Assembly (NCBI GenBank): GCA_043819795.1
Contig: JBDREN010000120.1
Location: 25,681-89,680 of the forward strand
Direction: 5' to 3'
Source of the DNA: Elusimicrobiota bacterium
Lineage (GTDB): Bacteria; Elusimicrobiota; Elusimicrobia; UBA1565
Length of the DNA: 64,000 nt
Below are positions 38,265 through 46,965 of this stretch, piece by piece. Each line of letters starts with the position of its first letter. Position 1 is the stretch's first letter. A program made the position numbers and the translations under genes. Under the pieces are notes generated by a model, which was given only the letters and a program-made list of their open reading frames with translations, was not told where the DNA came from and made no database searches.

Positions 38265-38432
38265 CTAGCAGCCCGTGGCAAAAGTATTTCGGACGGCGAA
38301 ATCGCCTGGAGCGAGCCGAGCCAAGGCGCGACGAGGGAGCATCCCTGACGGGATGTGACCGAGGAGCAACGCAGGCGCAGGCCGCTTCCAGGCGATTGCA
38401 GGCCCCGGAAGACTTTTGCCACGGGCTGCTAG
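38265..38432. mobile_element. MITE-like element, family A, copy 2 (inverted relative to copy 1)
   Basis: TIR CTAGCAGCCCGTGGCAAAAGT ... ACTTTTGCCACGGGCTGCTAG; interior is the near-exact reverse complement of 7784-7952. Confidence 0.8.
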
Positions 38433-38585
38433 CAGCGGAAAGGATCGGCGATGGACAGCCTGACCGCGGGACCTTTGCCCGTTTTTCCCTAGGCCTTTTC
38501 CCATGGCGCCCATGGGCCTTCCGCCCCCTGCGCGGACGCATGGACACGGCCATACTATCCCAGCGGCGGACACGCCGTCGAACGC

Positions 38586-41500
38586 ATGCTACGGCATACG
38601 CATACTCTTTTAAGGAAAGGCATCGCCTCGGCCCTGGCCGCGACGCTGGTCATGGTCGCGCCGGGCACCGGCTGCTACCAAGCCCTGGCCGGCGCCGTCG
38701 CGGTGAACGTGGGGACGCAGATCAACGCGGTCCCGGGCGCGCAGGCGGCGGCCGGCGTCGCCCGGATCGCCGCCGGCGGCGCGCAGGGATCTCTTTCGGT
38801 TTCGCCGCGCGCGCTCAGCCTCCAGGGCGCTCTGCGGCTGACGCCCTCGGTCCGGCCTTCGCTTTGGACATCTCCCGAAACGGCGGCCATGGCGCTGCCG
38901 CTTCCCGCCGCGGCTCCGACGCCGATCCAGAGCGAGCCGGGCACGGCGGGTTTCCACGCGCCGCTGAGCGGCGCCGCGGACGCGGTCCGGTCGCGTGGGC
39001 CGGCCCAAGCGGCGGATCCGGGCGCGCCGTCTCTCAATAAGCTCCTCTCCGCCCGGCGGGACCTCGCTCCGCCGGCCGCCGAGATATCCCGCATGTCCGT
39101 CGGCGGCGCGCGGCATCTCGGGCAGGCCGTGATGGACCGTATTCTGGGCCGCCGGGGCGCCGGCAGCGCGCATTTCGAGGCCGAGGCGGCGGATGTCCGG
39201 CCGCTGGGTCACGGCGTCGGCGATCCGAACGGGAGATTGGAGCCGTACGCTCCCCGGGCGGGCTTCGCGCGGGAGACCGCGGCCGTCCCTGAGCCGAGCA
39301 AGCCCGGCCCGAAGGCCAGCGACCTGCCGGGCGGGGACAGCGAGGCCTTCAGCCCGACGACCGCCGGCGGCCAGTTCCTGGCGGGCGTGACGCACGCCGG
39401 GCTGGCGGTCGGGGCCTATCACTCGGCGCAGACCCTCCTCGGATTCACCGGCTGGGCCGCCTACGCCGCGTGGGGCATGTTCGGGCTCTCCGCGGTGCTC
39501 GGCGTGGGCGCGGCCGGCTTCGCGCTCCTCGCGTTCCGGATCGCCCTATCGAGAGGCGGCGAGACGGAGGCCGGCCGGCCGCGGGTGCTCAAGCCTCCGT
39601 ACACGTTCTTCCAGAAGGGGGGATTCCGGAGGATCTTCCTCACGGCGCCGGTGGGACGGCCGCCGGTCTACATCACGAAGGCCGCGGCCCGCCCCCTGCA
39701 GTTCCACAAGAGGGTCAGCGAGCGCTTCGGGCATTTCGCGGCGTACTCCCTGCAGGGCTTCTCCCACATCAGGTACATCATCGGCGAAACCGCCGGCCTC
39801 GTGCGGGCCGTCGCCGGCTTCGGTATGCTGATCCGGGACATGTTCCGCGGCAACCCCGAGGTAGCCCCGTTCGTCCAGCGGCACAAGAAGCACGTGCACG
39901 TGCTTCGCGGCATCAACATCGTCCAGGCGGCGATCGGCGTGGGGACGAGCTACATCGCGGGCTCCCTGGTGGATACGGCGCTGGCGAAGAACGCCGGCAT
40001 GGGCTGGGTGCTGGGCGGAGCGCTGGTGGGCATCGCCGTGGCGAACCTCGTCATGAATACGGCCTACGCCTGGCTCAAAGGCCGCCTTAACGGCCAGGTG
40101 CTGCGGGACTTCCGGCTGCGCGTCTTCCGGCACGTCCTCACGCTGCCCTTCGGCTTCTTCGCCAAGGAGAAACCGTCGAAGGTCGCGGCGCGCCTCAGCG
40201 AGGACGTCGACCAACTCGCCGCCAAAAACATCGACATCCCGGTCCTGCTCCCCTATTACGCCGCCATGGCGGCCGTGGCCGGAGTCATGATGGCGATCAC
40301 CAGCTGGCAGGTGACGCTGATCGTGACCGCCGTCGTGCCCCTGATGGGGCTCATCTCGCTGATCTACGGCAACAAGGCCGAGAAGCTGAACGAAGCCCAG
40401 ATGAACGCCCGGGTCGAGGTGATCAGCGCGGCCGAGGAGTCCCTCGCGAACATCCGCGACGTCCGGGGCTTCTCCGCCGAGAACAAGGAGGGGGAGCGCT
40501 ACGGGAAGCGGGCGGAGCACTATCTCGGCATCGTCTTGAAGAGGGAGCGTCTGGCGGCGGGCTACAACGGAGCGATGGGCCAGATGTACCGGTTCGCCTT
40601 CTACCTCACCGTCCTTTTGATCGGGCTCTTCTCCTATATCTACACGGGCGCGCCGAGCGTCGGGCAGACCACGGCGATGGTGGGATACGCGGGCTTCCTT
40701 CAGCAGGCTCTGGCCGGGTTCCTGAACCTGTACACGCGATACCGCGAGACGACCGGCGCGGCGCGGCAGGTCCTCGACTATCTGAAACAGAAGCCCGCGG
40801 TGAACGAGGCGCCCGACGCCGTCGATCCCGGCCCGCTGAAGGGCCGCGTCGAGTTCAAGGGCGTCTCATTCTCCTACGACGAGAACACTCCCGCCCTTGA
40901 GGACGTATCCTTCTCCGTCCAGCCCGGCCAGAGGGTCGCCATCGTGGGCGAGGCCGGCGTGGGCAAGAGCGCCATGCTCGACCTGATCCTCAGGCTGCAC
41001 GACCCCGACATGGGAGGCGTCGCCTTCGACGGCAAGGACGCGCGGGCGCTACGCCTGAGCCCCCTGCGCCGACAGATCGCCATGCTCCACGACAAGGGCA
41101 TCTGGATGGACGGCACCCTGCGGGAGAACCTGCTCTACGGGGTATCGGAGGGCACCACGGACGCGGACATTCTCGACGCCCTTCGCCGGGTCGACGCCGA
41201 CTTCGTCGACGACAGGTCCCAGTTCCCCGAGGGGCTGGACCCGCGCGTGGAAAGGAGCGACCGCCGGCTGACGGAGGCCCGCCGCAGGCACCTGGAGGCG
41301 GCCCGAGCCCTGTTGACGAAGCCGGGGATCGTGCTCCTCGATCGCCCCACCGCGGGCCTCGACAGCAAGGAGGAGGGGAAGCTGCGCCGGGGTCTGCAAG
41401 CGGTCCAGCGAGGCAAGACGACCTTCATCGTGGACCAGCGCATCAGCTCCGCGAGGAACGCCGACGTGATCCTCGTCCTTGAGGGCGGACGTATCGTGGA

Positions 41501-41591
41501 GAAGGGGACCCACGCGGAGCTGATGGCGGCGAACGGCCTCTACCAAAGGCTCTGGAACGCCGAGATGTCCAAGCGGTCCTCCTCGAAATAG
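38586..41591 (+). CDS. ABC exporter (TMD+NBD half-transporter) with long Ala/Pro-rich N-terminal extension and degenerate ATPase motifs
   Basis: 6-TM ABC membrane domain; V.F..VSFSY; Walker A GEAGVGKS. Signature, Walker B Glu and H-switch are altered. Confidence 0.85.
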   Translation: MLRHTHTLLRKGIASALAATLVMVAPGTGCYQALAGAVAVNVGTQINAVPGAQAAAGVARIAAGGAQGSLSVSPRALSLQGALRLTPSVRPSLWTSPETAAMALPLPAAAPTPIQSEPGTAGFHAPLSGAADAVRSRGPAQAADPGAPSLNKLLSARRDLAPPAAEISRMSVGGARHLGQAVMDRILGRRGAGSAHFEAEAADVRPLGHGVGDPNGRLEPYAPRAGFARETAAVPEPSKPGPKASDLPGGDSEAFSPTTAGGQFLAGVTHAGLAVGAYHSAQTLLGFTGWAAYAAWGMFGLSAVLGVGAAGFALLAFRIALSRGGETEAGRPRVLKPPYTFFQKGGFRRIFLTAPVGRPPVYITKAAARPLQFHKRVSERFGHFAAYSLQGFSHIRYIIGETAGLVRAVAGFGMLIRDMFRGNPEVAPFVQRHKKHVHVLRGINIVQAAIGVGTSYIAGSLVDTALAKNAGMGWVLGGALVGIAVANLVMNTAYAWLKGRLNGQVLRDFRLRVFRHVLTLPFGFFAKEKPSKVAARLSEDVDQLAAKNIDIPVLLPYYAAMAAVAGVMMAITSWQVTLIVTAVVPLMGLISLIYGNKAEKLNEAQMNARVEVISAAEESLANIRDVRGFSAENKEGERYGKRAEHYLGIVLKRERLAAGYNGAMGQMYRFAFYLTVLLIGLFSYIYTGAPSVGQTTAMVGYAGFLQQALAGFLNLYTRYRETTGAARQVLDYLKQKPAVNEAPDAVDPGPLKGRVEFKGVSFSYDENTPALEDVSFSVQPGQRVAIVGEAGVGKSAMLDLILRLHDPDMGGVAFDGKDARALRLSPLRRQIAMLHDKGIWMDGTLRENLLYGVSEGTTDADILDALRRVDADFVDDRSQFPEGLDPRVERSDRRLTEARRRHLEAARALLTKPGIVLLDRPTAGLDSKEEGKLRRGLQAVQRGKTTFIVDQRISSARNADVILVLEGGRIVEKGTHAELMAANGLYQRLWNAEMSKRSSSK

Positions 41592-41598
41592 CCGCCCG

Positions 41599-42813
41599 TC
41601 ACTCGCGACGACGCCGCGCCTGACTCCCCAGGTTCTTCCAGATCCCCAAGCCCTTGGCCCCCATCCTCAGCGCGGCCCGGCGCAGCCTCTCAGCCAAGGA
41701 GGCCTGATGTCCCCAGAGCGCCGCCTTGTCCAGATCCTCCAGGCAGCCGGCGCCGTCGCCCAAGGCGAGCCGCACCTCGGCGCGGAGCCGGTGATGCCAG
41801 CCGGGCTCGGGATGAAGCCGCGCGCAGCGGTCCAGGTCCCGCAGGGCGGGCTCGAGCCGCTTCAGGCTCAAGAGGCACCGCGCGCGCCACGCTAAAGCCT
41901 GCCCCCAATCCCCCCGTTCGGCGACAAGCCGCGAGAAATGCCGCTCGGCCTCCTCGAAATCCCCCCCCTCGCACAGGCGTCTGCCGGTCTCGAGCGCGGA
42001 ATCCATCCCATCGGGACCCGTCACGTCCGTCCCGGCGGCCGCGGCCGGCGCTCGGGGATCGGTCGGCTCCGAGGCCGCCGGCGGGATATAAAGCGTGTTG
42101 AACTCGTTCGGGCTCTTCAGCGCTTGGGCGAGCCCGCTCAACGGCAACGTGCGCTTGCTCCCTTCCGGGTTGGCGATCCAAGGGCACTCGACCAGGGTCA
42201 CCGGATGCTCGGGCGGGTAGAAGCGCCCCAAGTGGTCGGCCAGAAGGCGTAGGCGGCCCTCCTGCTCCTCTTTTTGCAGGTAGCCGATCTTGACGATCAG
42301 GGTGGGCACCGAGGGCTGAAGGGGCGTGACGCTGATGAGCCCCGAGAACCCGTCGGCGTCGTAGACGTGCAGGCCGCTCCAGAGCGCGGTCAGCTCAAGG
42401 AAGCTCAAGACCGCGTCCAAAGAGGACACCGCGTTGAGTATCCGGTAGCCGATACCGCGCCTCCGGCAGGCCGCGATCAGGCCCTGAGAAAGGCTTGAGA
42501 GGAAAGTGGCGTGCCCGTAGTTGAGCACCGCGACGCGGCGGCCATCTTCCACGACGCGAAGGACCTCCTCCACCTTCCGCGACGCCACCTCGTCATAGGA
42601 GCCGCTTCCGGCCAGATCGTTGAGGTCCCTCACGTCCCCGCAGAGGCGCAGCACCAGGCCGGAAGTCTTGTCATCCAAGGCGTCGGTGAAGACGACCGTC
42701 GCGTCCTTGAGGGCCTGGCTGGTCTCCAGAGTCATTTGGGGCAGGTCCAGCCCGAACCCGCAGATCGTCAGCGAACCCTCCCGGCCGCCGCGCGAGGGGC
42801 TTCCTTTACCCAT
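41599..42813 (-). CDS. Tetrapyrrole-methylase-fold SAM-dependent methyltransferase, borosin-like, with C-terminal TPRs
   Basis: GSLTICGFG...QMTLE...L..A..VF, V..G.RVA...YGHA.F, AVSSLD, G...YDA, L...YPPEHPV; TPR-like helices in the C-terminal third. Confidence 0.7.
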   Translation of the reverse strand: MGKGSPSRGGREGSLTICGFGLDLPQMTLETSQALKDATVVFTDALDDKTSGLVLRLCGDVRDLNDLAGSGSYDEVASRKVEEVLRVVEDGRRVAVLNYGHATFLSSLSQGLIAACRRRGIGYRILNAVSSLDAVLSFLELTALWSGLHVYDADGFSGLISVTPLQPSVPTLIVKIGYLQKEEQEGRLRLLADHLGRFYPPEHPVTLVECPWIANPEGSKRTLPLSGLAQALKSPNEFNTLYIPPAASEPTDPRAPAAAAGTDVTGPDGMDSALETGRRLCEGGDFEEAERHFSRLVAERGDWGQALAWRARCLLSLKRLEPALRDLDRCARLHPEPGWHHRLRAEVRLALGDGAGCLEDLDKAALWGHQASLAERLRRAALRMGAKGLGIWKNLGSQARRRRE

Positions 42814-44215
42814 ATCGGCCGCCCCACAGCGCCAGCGTCAGGACGTCCCGCCGCAGCAGCACGGTAAGCACCGCGCCGAGGAATATCCAGAAAGCGAACG
42901 GCCTGGTCTTCTTGAACGCCACGACCTGCAGCGCGCGGCTCCGGCACCAATGCTTGAACGCGCCGGTCTGCTCCGGCGTCAGCCCGTCCGGATAGAGGCG
43001 GTCGAAGTGGTCCCTGAAATACTCCGGGTCCTGCCTCAGGGCTCCGATGGTCTCCTCGGCGGGCACGAGGTACGGATGCACCTTTTTGAGAGGGAGATAG
43101 ACGACGTCCTGCTCCAAGAATGAGGAGACCAGGAAGTAGGCCAGCCCGCAGAGCGTCCCCCACAGGGCCCAGCCCAACAGGCCCGACGCGCCGGCGTAGC
43201 CGAGGCGGGCGAGGACCGCGCCGGGGCCGATGATCGAGAGGATCAGGGACCCGATCCAAAGCAGCGCGAGGAAACGCTCCCGCACTCCCAGAAAGACTCG
43301 AACCATGGCCTTGCCGGCATCCATGGCCGCCATGAAGAAGAGCCATTCCCACCAGTTGCCCCAGAAACGCGGCCAGTCGCCCGGAGCCGCCTGGTACGCG
43401 GCCGCCGCGAGAGCCGCCAGGCAGAGCCCCCACGCGACGCGCTCGCCGGCGGCGCGCCGGAGGAGGTCCCAGACCAGGAAGACCCCGATAAAGAGCGCCG
43501 GCTCCGGCATCCCGACGAAGGCGCGCGCGCCGTCCAGCCAGGTGGCGGCGGCGGCGCCCACCACGGTGAAACCCATCCTGCCGGCCAGGCCGTAGGCGGA
43601 GGCGCGCGGGTCCCGGCGCAGCCCGGTCCAAGACTCCGCCAGCCTCCGCGAGACTTCGGCGCGCAGCTCGGCCTGGCTCTTAATCAAGTAGGGAAGCAGG
43701 CGGAAGAGGCCCAATTCCCGGAGGAACCCCGCCCCGTGCCTCAGCTTGAACCTCCATACCCACCACATGGTGCGCGCGACCACGAAGAGCGCGGCCGGAA
43801 TGAAGATGTTCATCAGGAAAGCCAACGCCAAACGACCCGGCAGGAGCGCGCTGCCGGGATCGACGATAGGCAGCCACAGGCACAGAAGCAGAAAGAGCTT
43901 GGCGTCGCCCGCCGGCCACAGGCCGAGCCGCCAGATCAGCACGCCGGCCGCGACGGCCGCGGCCATATGGACGAGGATCGCGGGATAGAACGACCATGCG
44001 GGGTAGGCCCGGAGGAAGGGAGCGGGGAGCAGGCCCTTCGAGGCCAGGGCCGTCCATCCGATATACGCCGCGTAGGCGAGCCCCACGACCTTCAGGCAGG
44101 CCAGCAGCATGCGGTTGGGGATCCTCTTGTACTTGTGATCGGTGTAGAGGACGACGACAGCCGCCGCGAGAGTGAGCGCCGCCAGCGGCCAGCGCACCGC
44201 CTCCGCCACGCTCAT
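42806..44215 (-). CDS. A24-family prepilin/preflagellin-type aspartic peptidase
   Basis: Two catalytic Asp motifs, YTD...KRIPN and AGDAKL; multiple TMs; C-terminal GLT.EQ...PFA.WIFLG. Confidence 0.82.
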   Translation of the reverse strand: MSVAEAVRWPLAALTLAAAVVVLYTDHKYKRIPNRMLLACLKVVGLAYAAYIGWTALASKGLLPAPFLRAYPAWSFYPAILVHMAAAVAAGVLIWRLGLWPAGDAKLFLLLCLWLPIVDPGSALLPGRLALAFLMNIFIPAALFVVARTMWWVWRFKLRHGAGFLRELGLFRLLPYLIKSQAELRAEVSRRLAESWTGLRRDPRASAYGLAGRMGFTVVGAAAATWLDGARAFVGMPEPALFIGVFLVWDLLRRAAGERVAWGLCLAALAAAAYQAAPGDWPRFWGNWWEWLFFMAAMDAGKAMVRVFLGVRERFLALLWIGSLILSIIGPGAVLARLGYAGASGLLGWALWGTLCGLAYFLVSSFLEQDVVYLPLKKVHPYLVPAEETIGALRQDPEYFRDHFDRLYPDGLTPEQTGAFKHWCRSRALQVVAFKKTRPFAFWIFLGAVLTVLLRRDVLTLALWGGRYG

Positions 44216-44285
44216 CCGCTCATCTTCTCTGCAAAAAGCAGGAAGCCGAGCGCCCGGGAATCCCCGCCTGAGCGGGCCGGGGGCC

Positions 44286-44642
44286 TCATGTGCCGCTGCC
44301 GTGCGAGCCGTGGGAGCCGTGGGAGCCGTGGGAGCCGTGCGAGCCGTGCGAGCCGTGCGAGCCGTGCGAGCCGTGGGAGCCGTGCGAGCCGTGGCTCGTA
44401 TGGCTCCCCACGCCCCCGGAATTGTGCAGCCAATTGTTATGGTAGGGCGTCGCGGCCAAAGCCACGTCCACGGCCGAGCCTATCAAGCCGAGGGCGATCG
44501 CGGTCTTGACCACGTCCTGCTCCACGATCTTGCCCTCCTCGCTGCTGAGGAATACGGAGGCGTCCTTGGCCGCCTTCGCGATCAGCTTCTTGCCTTTCGT
44601 CCTCGATGTCTTCTTCCGCTTCTTCTTTTTCGGCCCGGCCAT
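44286..44642 (-). CDS. His-Xaa-Ser repeat RiPP precursor (HxsA-like)
   Basis: RBS GAGGGG; Lys-rich N-terminus, FLSSEEG, hydrophobic segment, then HNS...HTS(HGS)11GT. Confidence 0.88.
   Translation of the reverse strand: MAGPKKKKRKKTSRTKGKKLIAKAAKDASVFLSSEEGKIVEQDVVKTAIALGLIGSAVDVALAATPYHNNWLHNSGGVGSHTSHGSHGSHGSHGSHGSHGSHGSHGSHGSHGSHGSGT
44295..44393 (-). repeat. 9-bp tandem repeat x11 encoding His-Gly-Ser
   Basis: CAC-GGC-TC(C/G) units; variation is confined to the Ser codon (TCC/TCG/AGC). Confidence 0.95.
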
Positions 44643-44652
44643 GGCTATCCCC

Positions 44653-46929
44653 TCAGGCTGTCTCTACGGCTTTTTCTTTCCGCCCCTTCTCAGGAGCCCC
44701 GCCGCCGGCGGGTACCGCCTGAAAAAACGTCCAGGTGACCTTCTTATTGAGCTTCCCCGCGGCGCTCAGGGAAACCGGCTCAGCCGACAGCTCCCAACCG
44801 GCTTCGCGCAGGTCCCGGGCCACATGCGCTCCGATCTCGGCGGGCTTGTCCGGCTCCCCGCTCCCTTGGCCCCGCCTCCCGATAAATTCGAGGTCCGCCA
44901 GCCCCACCGAGTCCATCCACATCACGAGCCGGCCGTCCTTCACCGGGTTGCGCTCCCGGAGCCAGCGCAGGACCAGGACGCGCAGGGAGGGCGGGATCGC
45001 GCGATAGACGTTCGAGAGGACCGTGGCTTCGAACGGACGCCCGGGGGACGGGAAGAGCCGCTCCCAGCGCTCCGCGCGCGTCTCCTCTAGGTGGATATGC
45101 CCGCTCCCCTGCGCCTGACAGATCTCGAAGGTGTCGTCCTGAATCGTCGATAGGACATGGATCATATGGGAACCGCGGCAGAACTGCTGCTCCCCTTCCA
45201 CCTTCTCCCACCCCATCCAGCGCATCCGGCCGCTGCCGAAACGGACTCCGCCCAGAAGCTTGAGAAGGATCGGCCGGAACGCCCGGACGCCCAGTACCCG
45301 ATCCCACAAGACCCGGCTCTCCTGAGAGCGGAAAAAATGGCGCAGCGCGGGCCACTCGTCCGAGCGGCCCGCGGCCTCGAGCTCGGCCCGGGTGAACGCG
45401 GCCAGGGATTCCAGGTACTTAAGGCGTTGCTCGGCCGCGAGCCCCTCCCACGCGACCGGCTCCCGGACCATCACCTTCCCGAGGGCGTCATAGCTGGCGT
45501 ACCACGAGCGGTTGAGCCTCAGGACGTCCCCCCCTCCGTCCATATGCCTATAGACCCTCTCGTACATGTCGACCCAGGGCGTGCGGGGGACGGAAGCCGA
45601 ATCCTGCGGACGCCCGACCTCGCCGACAGTCTCCAAGGCCCGCCGCACGGGCCCGTACTTGTGGACGGTGAGCACGCGGATAGTCAACCAGTCGCATTTC
45701 TCGATATCCTCTTCCGAAAAACTCTCAGTCGAGACGATCCGATAGGGCGGCTCCTTCTGCGCCCGCGTGATGCCGTAGATCTCCGGATGCCTGCCGTATT
45801 CGGCCCCGGGCAGCGCGAGAGCGCGCGGAAGGAACATGGACTTGGGCTTCTTTGCGAGCACCCATTCGAGCGAACGCCGGTACCCGGCCGCGTCGTCGTC
45901 CGGAAGGCCGTGGATGAGCTGAAGATGCGTGCTGGCCTGCGGCGCGAGCTTGCGTAGGTTCCGGAGGGAGCGCTCCGCGCCGCGAAGGCTGAAGCCCCGC
46001 GCCATGCGCTTGAGCGCCTTGGGCTGGATGGTCTCGACGCCGGCGCCCAGAGAGAACTTGAGAGAGTCCAGACTGCGGGCCAGATCCTCATCGATATTCG
46101 TCAGGTTCGTCTGGAAATGCCAGTGCACGCTGGCGTCGCCCGTAGCCCGGTCGAACTCCTCCAGCAGGTAGGCCGCGCGGCCCTTATCGCTGAAGACGTC
46201 CGCGTCCGTGACGAAATAATACATCCCGGTGGCCTGGCGATGGACGGCCTCCACCTCGCGAACGGCGCGCTCCTTGGGGAACCAGCGGGTCTTCTGCCCG
46301 TTATGCCAATCGCAGTACCGGCACCGTTTGGGGCAGCCCCTAGAAGTCTCGAGCGCGAGGCAAGCGTCGTCCTCCCGGATCTCGAAAGTCCCGTCCAGAT
46401 AGGGCGAGGGGATGACGGACAAATCCTCGATGAGCGGCCGCTCGGGCGTCTCGACGGGACGGCCGGCCTCGCGGTACGCGAGGCCGGGAACCCGGCCCAA
46501 GGAGCGGCCCCGCGCCCAGGCCTTGAGGATCTCGGCGAACGTGACCTCTCCCTCGCCGCGGACGACGACGTCCGCCTCGGGGATATCGCGCAGGACCGCG
46601 GCGGCGCGAACGCTCACCTCAGGACCCCCGAGCACGATGCGCAAGCCGGGCCGGTCCTTCTTGAGCTCCCGGCAAATCGCCGCGACGCGGGCCATGTTCC
46701 ACAGGTAGCAGGAGAAACCCACGACGTCCGGCTCCTCCTCGAGCACCGCGCCGCCGACCACATCCGGTTTCGATTGCACGCTGTGCTCCAGGAGCGTCGT
46801 ACGCACGAGGCCCTTGAGCTCCCGCAGCGAGTCCGCATAGGCCTTCAGATAGCCCAAAGACAGCGTATGGCGGTAGTAGTCATGGTAGCGTAGGCCGACC
46901 AGTACCGCGGACAATCTCGCCTTAGCCAT
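44653..46929 (-). CDS. B12-binding radical SAM protein (class B methyltransferase-like) with a C-terminal class I MTase-like extension
   Basis: LSLGYLKAY, PDVVGFSCYLWN, VLGGPEV, GEGE.TF, IPSPYL, ETSRGCPKRCRYC, LIHGLP.D. Confidence 0.88.
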   Translation of the reverse strand: MAKARLSAVLVGLRYHDYYRHTLSLGYLKAYADSLRELKGLVRTTLLEHSVQSKPDVVGGAVLEEEPDVVGFSCYLWNMARVAAICRELKKDRPGLRIVLGGPEVSVRAAAVLRDIPEADVVVRGEGEVTFAEILKAWARGRSLGRVPGLAYREAGRPVETPERPLIEDLSVIPSPYLDGTFEIREDDACLALETSRGCPKRCRYCDWHNGQKTRWFPKERAVREVEAVHRQATGMYYFVTDADVFSDKGRAAYLLEEFDRATGDASVHWHFQTNLTNIDEDLARSLDSLKFSLGAGVETIQPKALKRMARGFSLRGAERSLRNLRKLAPQASTHLQLIHGLPDDDAAGYRRSLEWVLAKKPKSMFLPRALALPGAEYGRHPEIYGITRAQKEPPYRIVSTESFSEEDIEKCDWLTIRVLTVHKYGPVRRALETVGEVGRPQDSASVPRTPWVDMYERVYRHMDGGGDVLRLNRSWYASYDALGKVMVREPVAWEGLAAEQRLKYLESLAAFTRAELEAAGRSDEWPALRHFFRSQESRVLWDRVLGVRAFRPILLKLLGGVRFGSGRMRWMGWEKVEGEQQFCRGSHMIHVLSTIQDDTFEICQAQGSGHIHLEETRAERWERLFPSPGRPFEATVLSNVYRAIPPSLRVLVLRWLRERNPVKDGRLVMWMDSVGLADLEFIGRRGQGSGEPDKPAEIGAHVARDLREAGWELSAEPVSLSAAGKLNKKVTWTFFQAVPAGGGAPEKGRKEKAVETA

Positions 46930-46965
46930 GTTCGGATCTCCCCGGAGCGCCCCGGACCGGCCGGC

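Noticed and set aside
44295..44393. CRISPR array or non-coding VNTR
   Set aside because: The units are 9 bp with no spacers, and synonymous-only variation indicates coding HGS repeats. No cas genes are in the window.
44212..44433. Alternative-frame ORF with RLA/RLP repeats, and the plus-strand AVR/AVG ORF
   Set aside because: These are shadows of the precursor repeat; the variation is non-synonymous in these frames.
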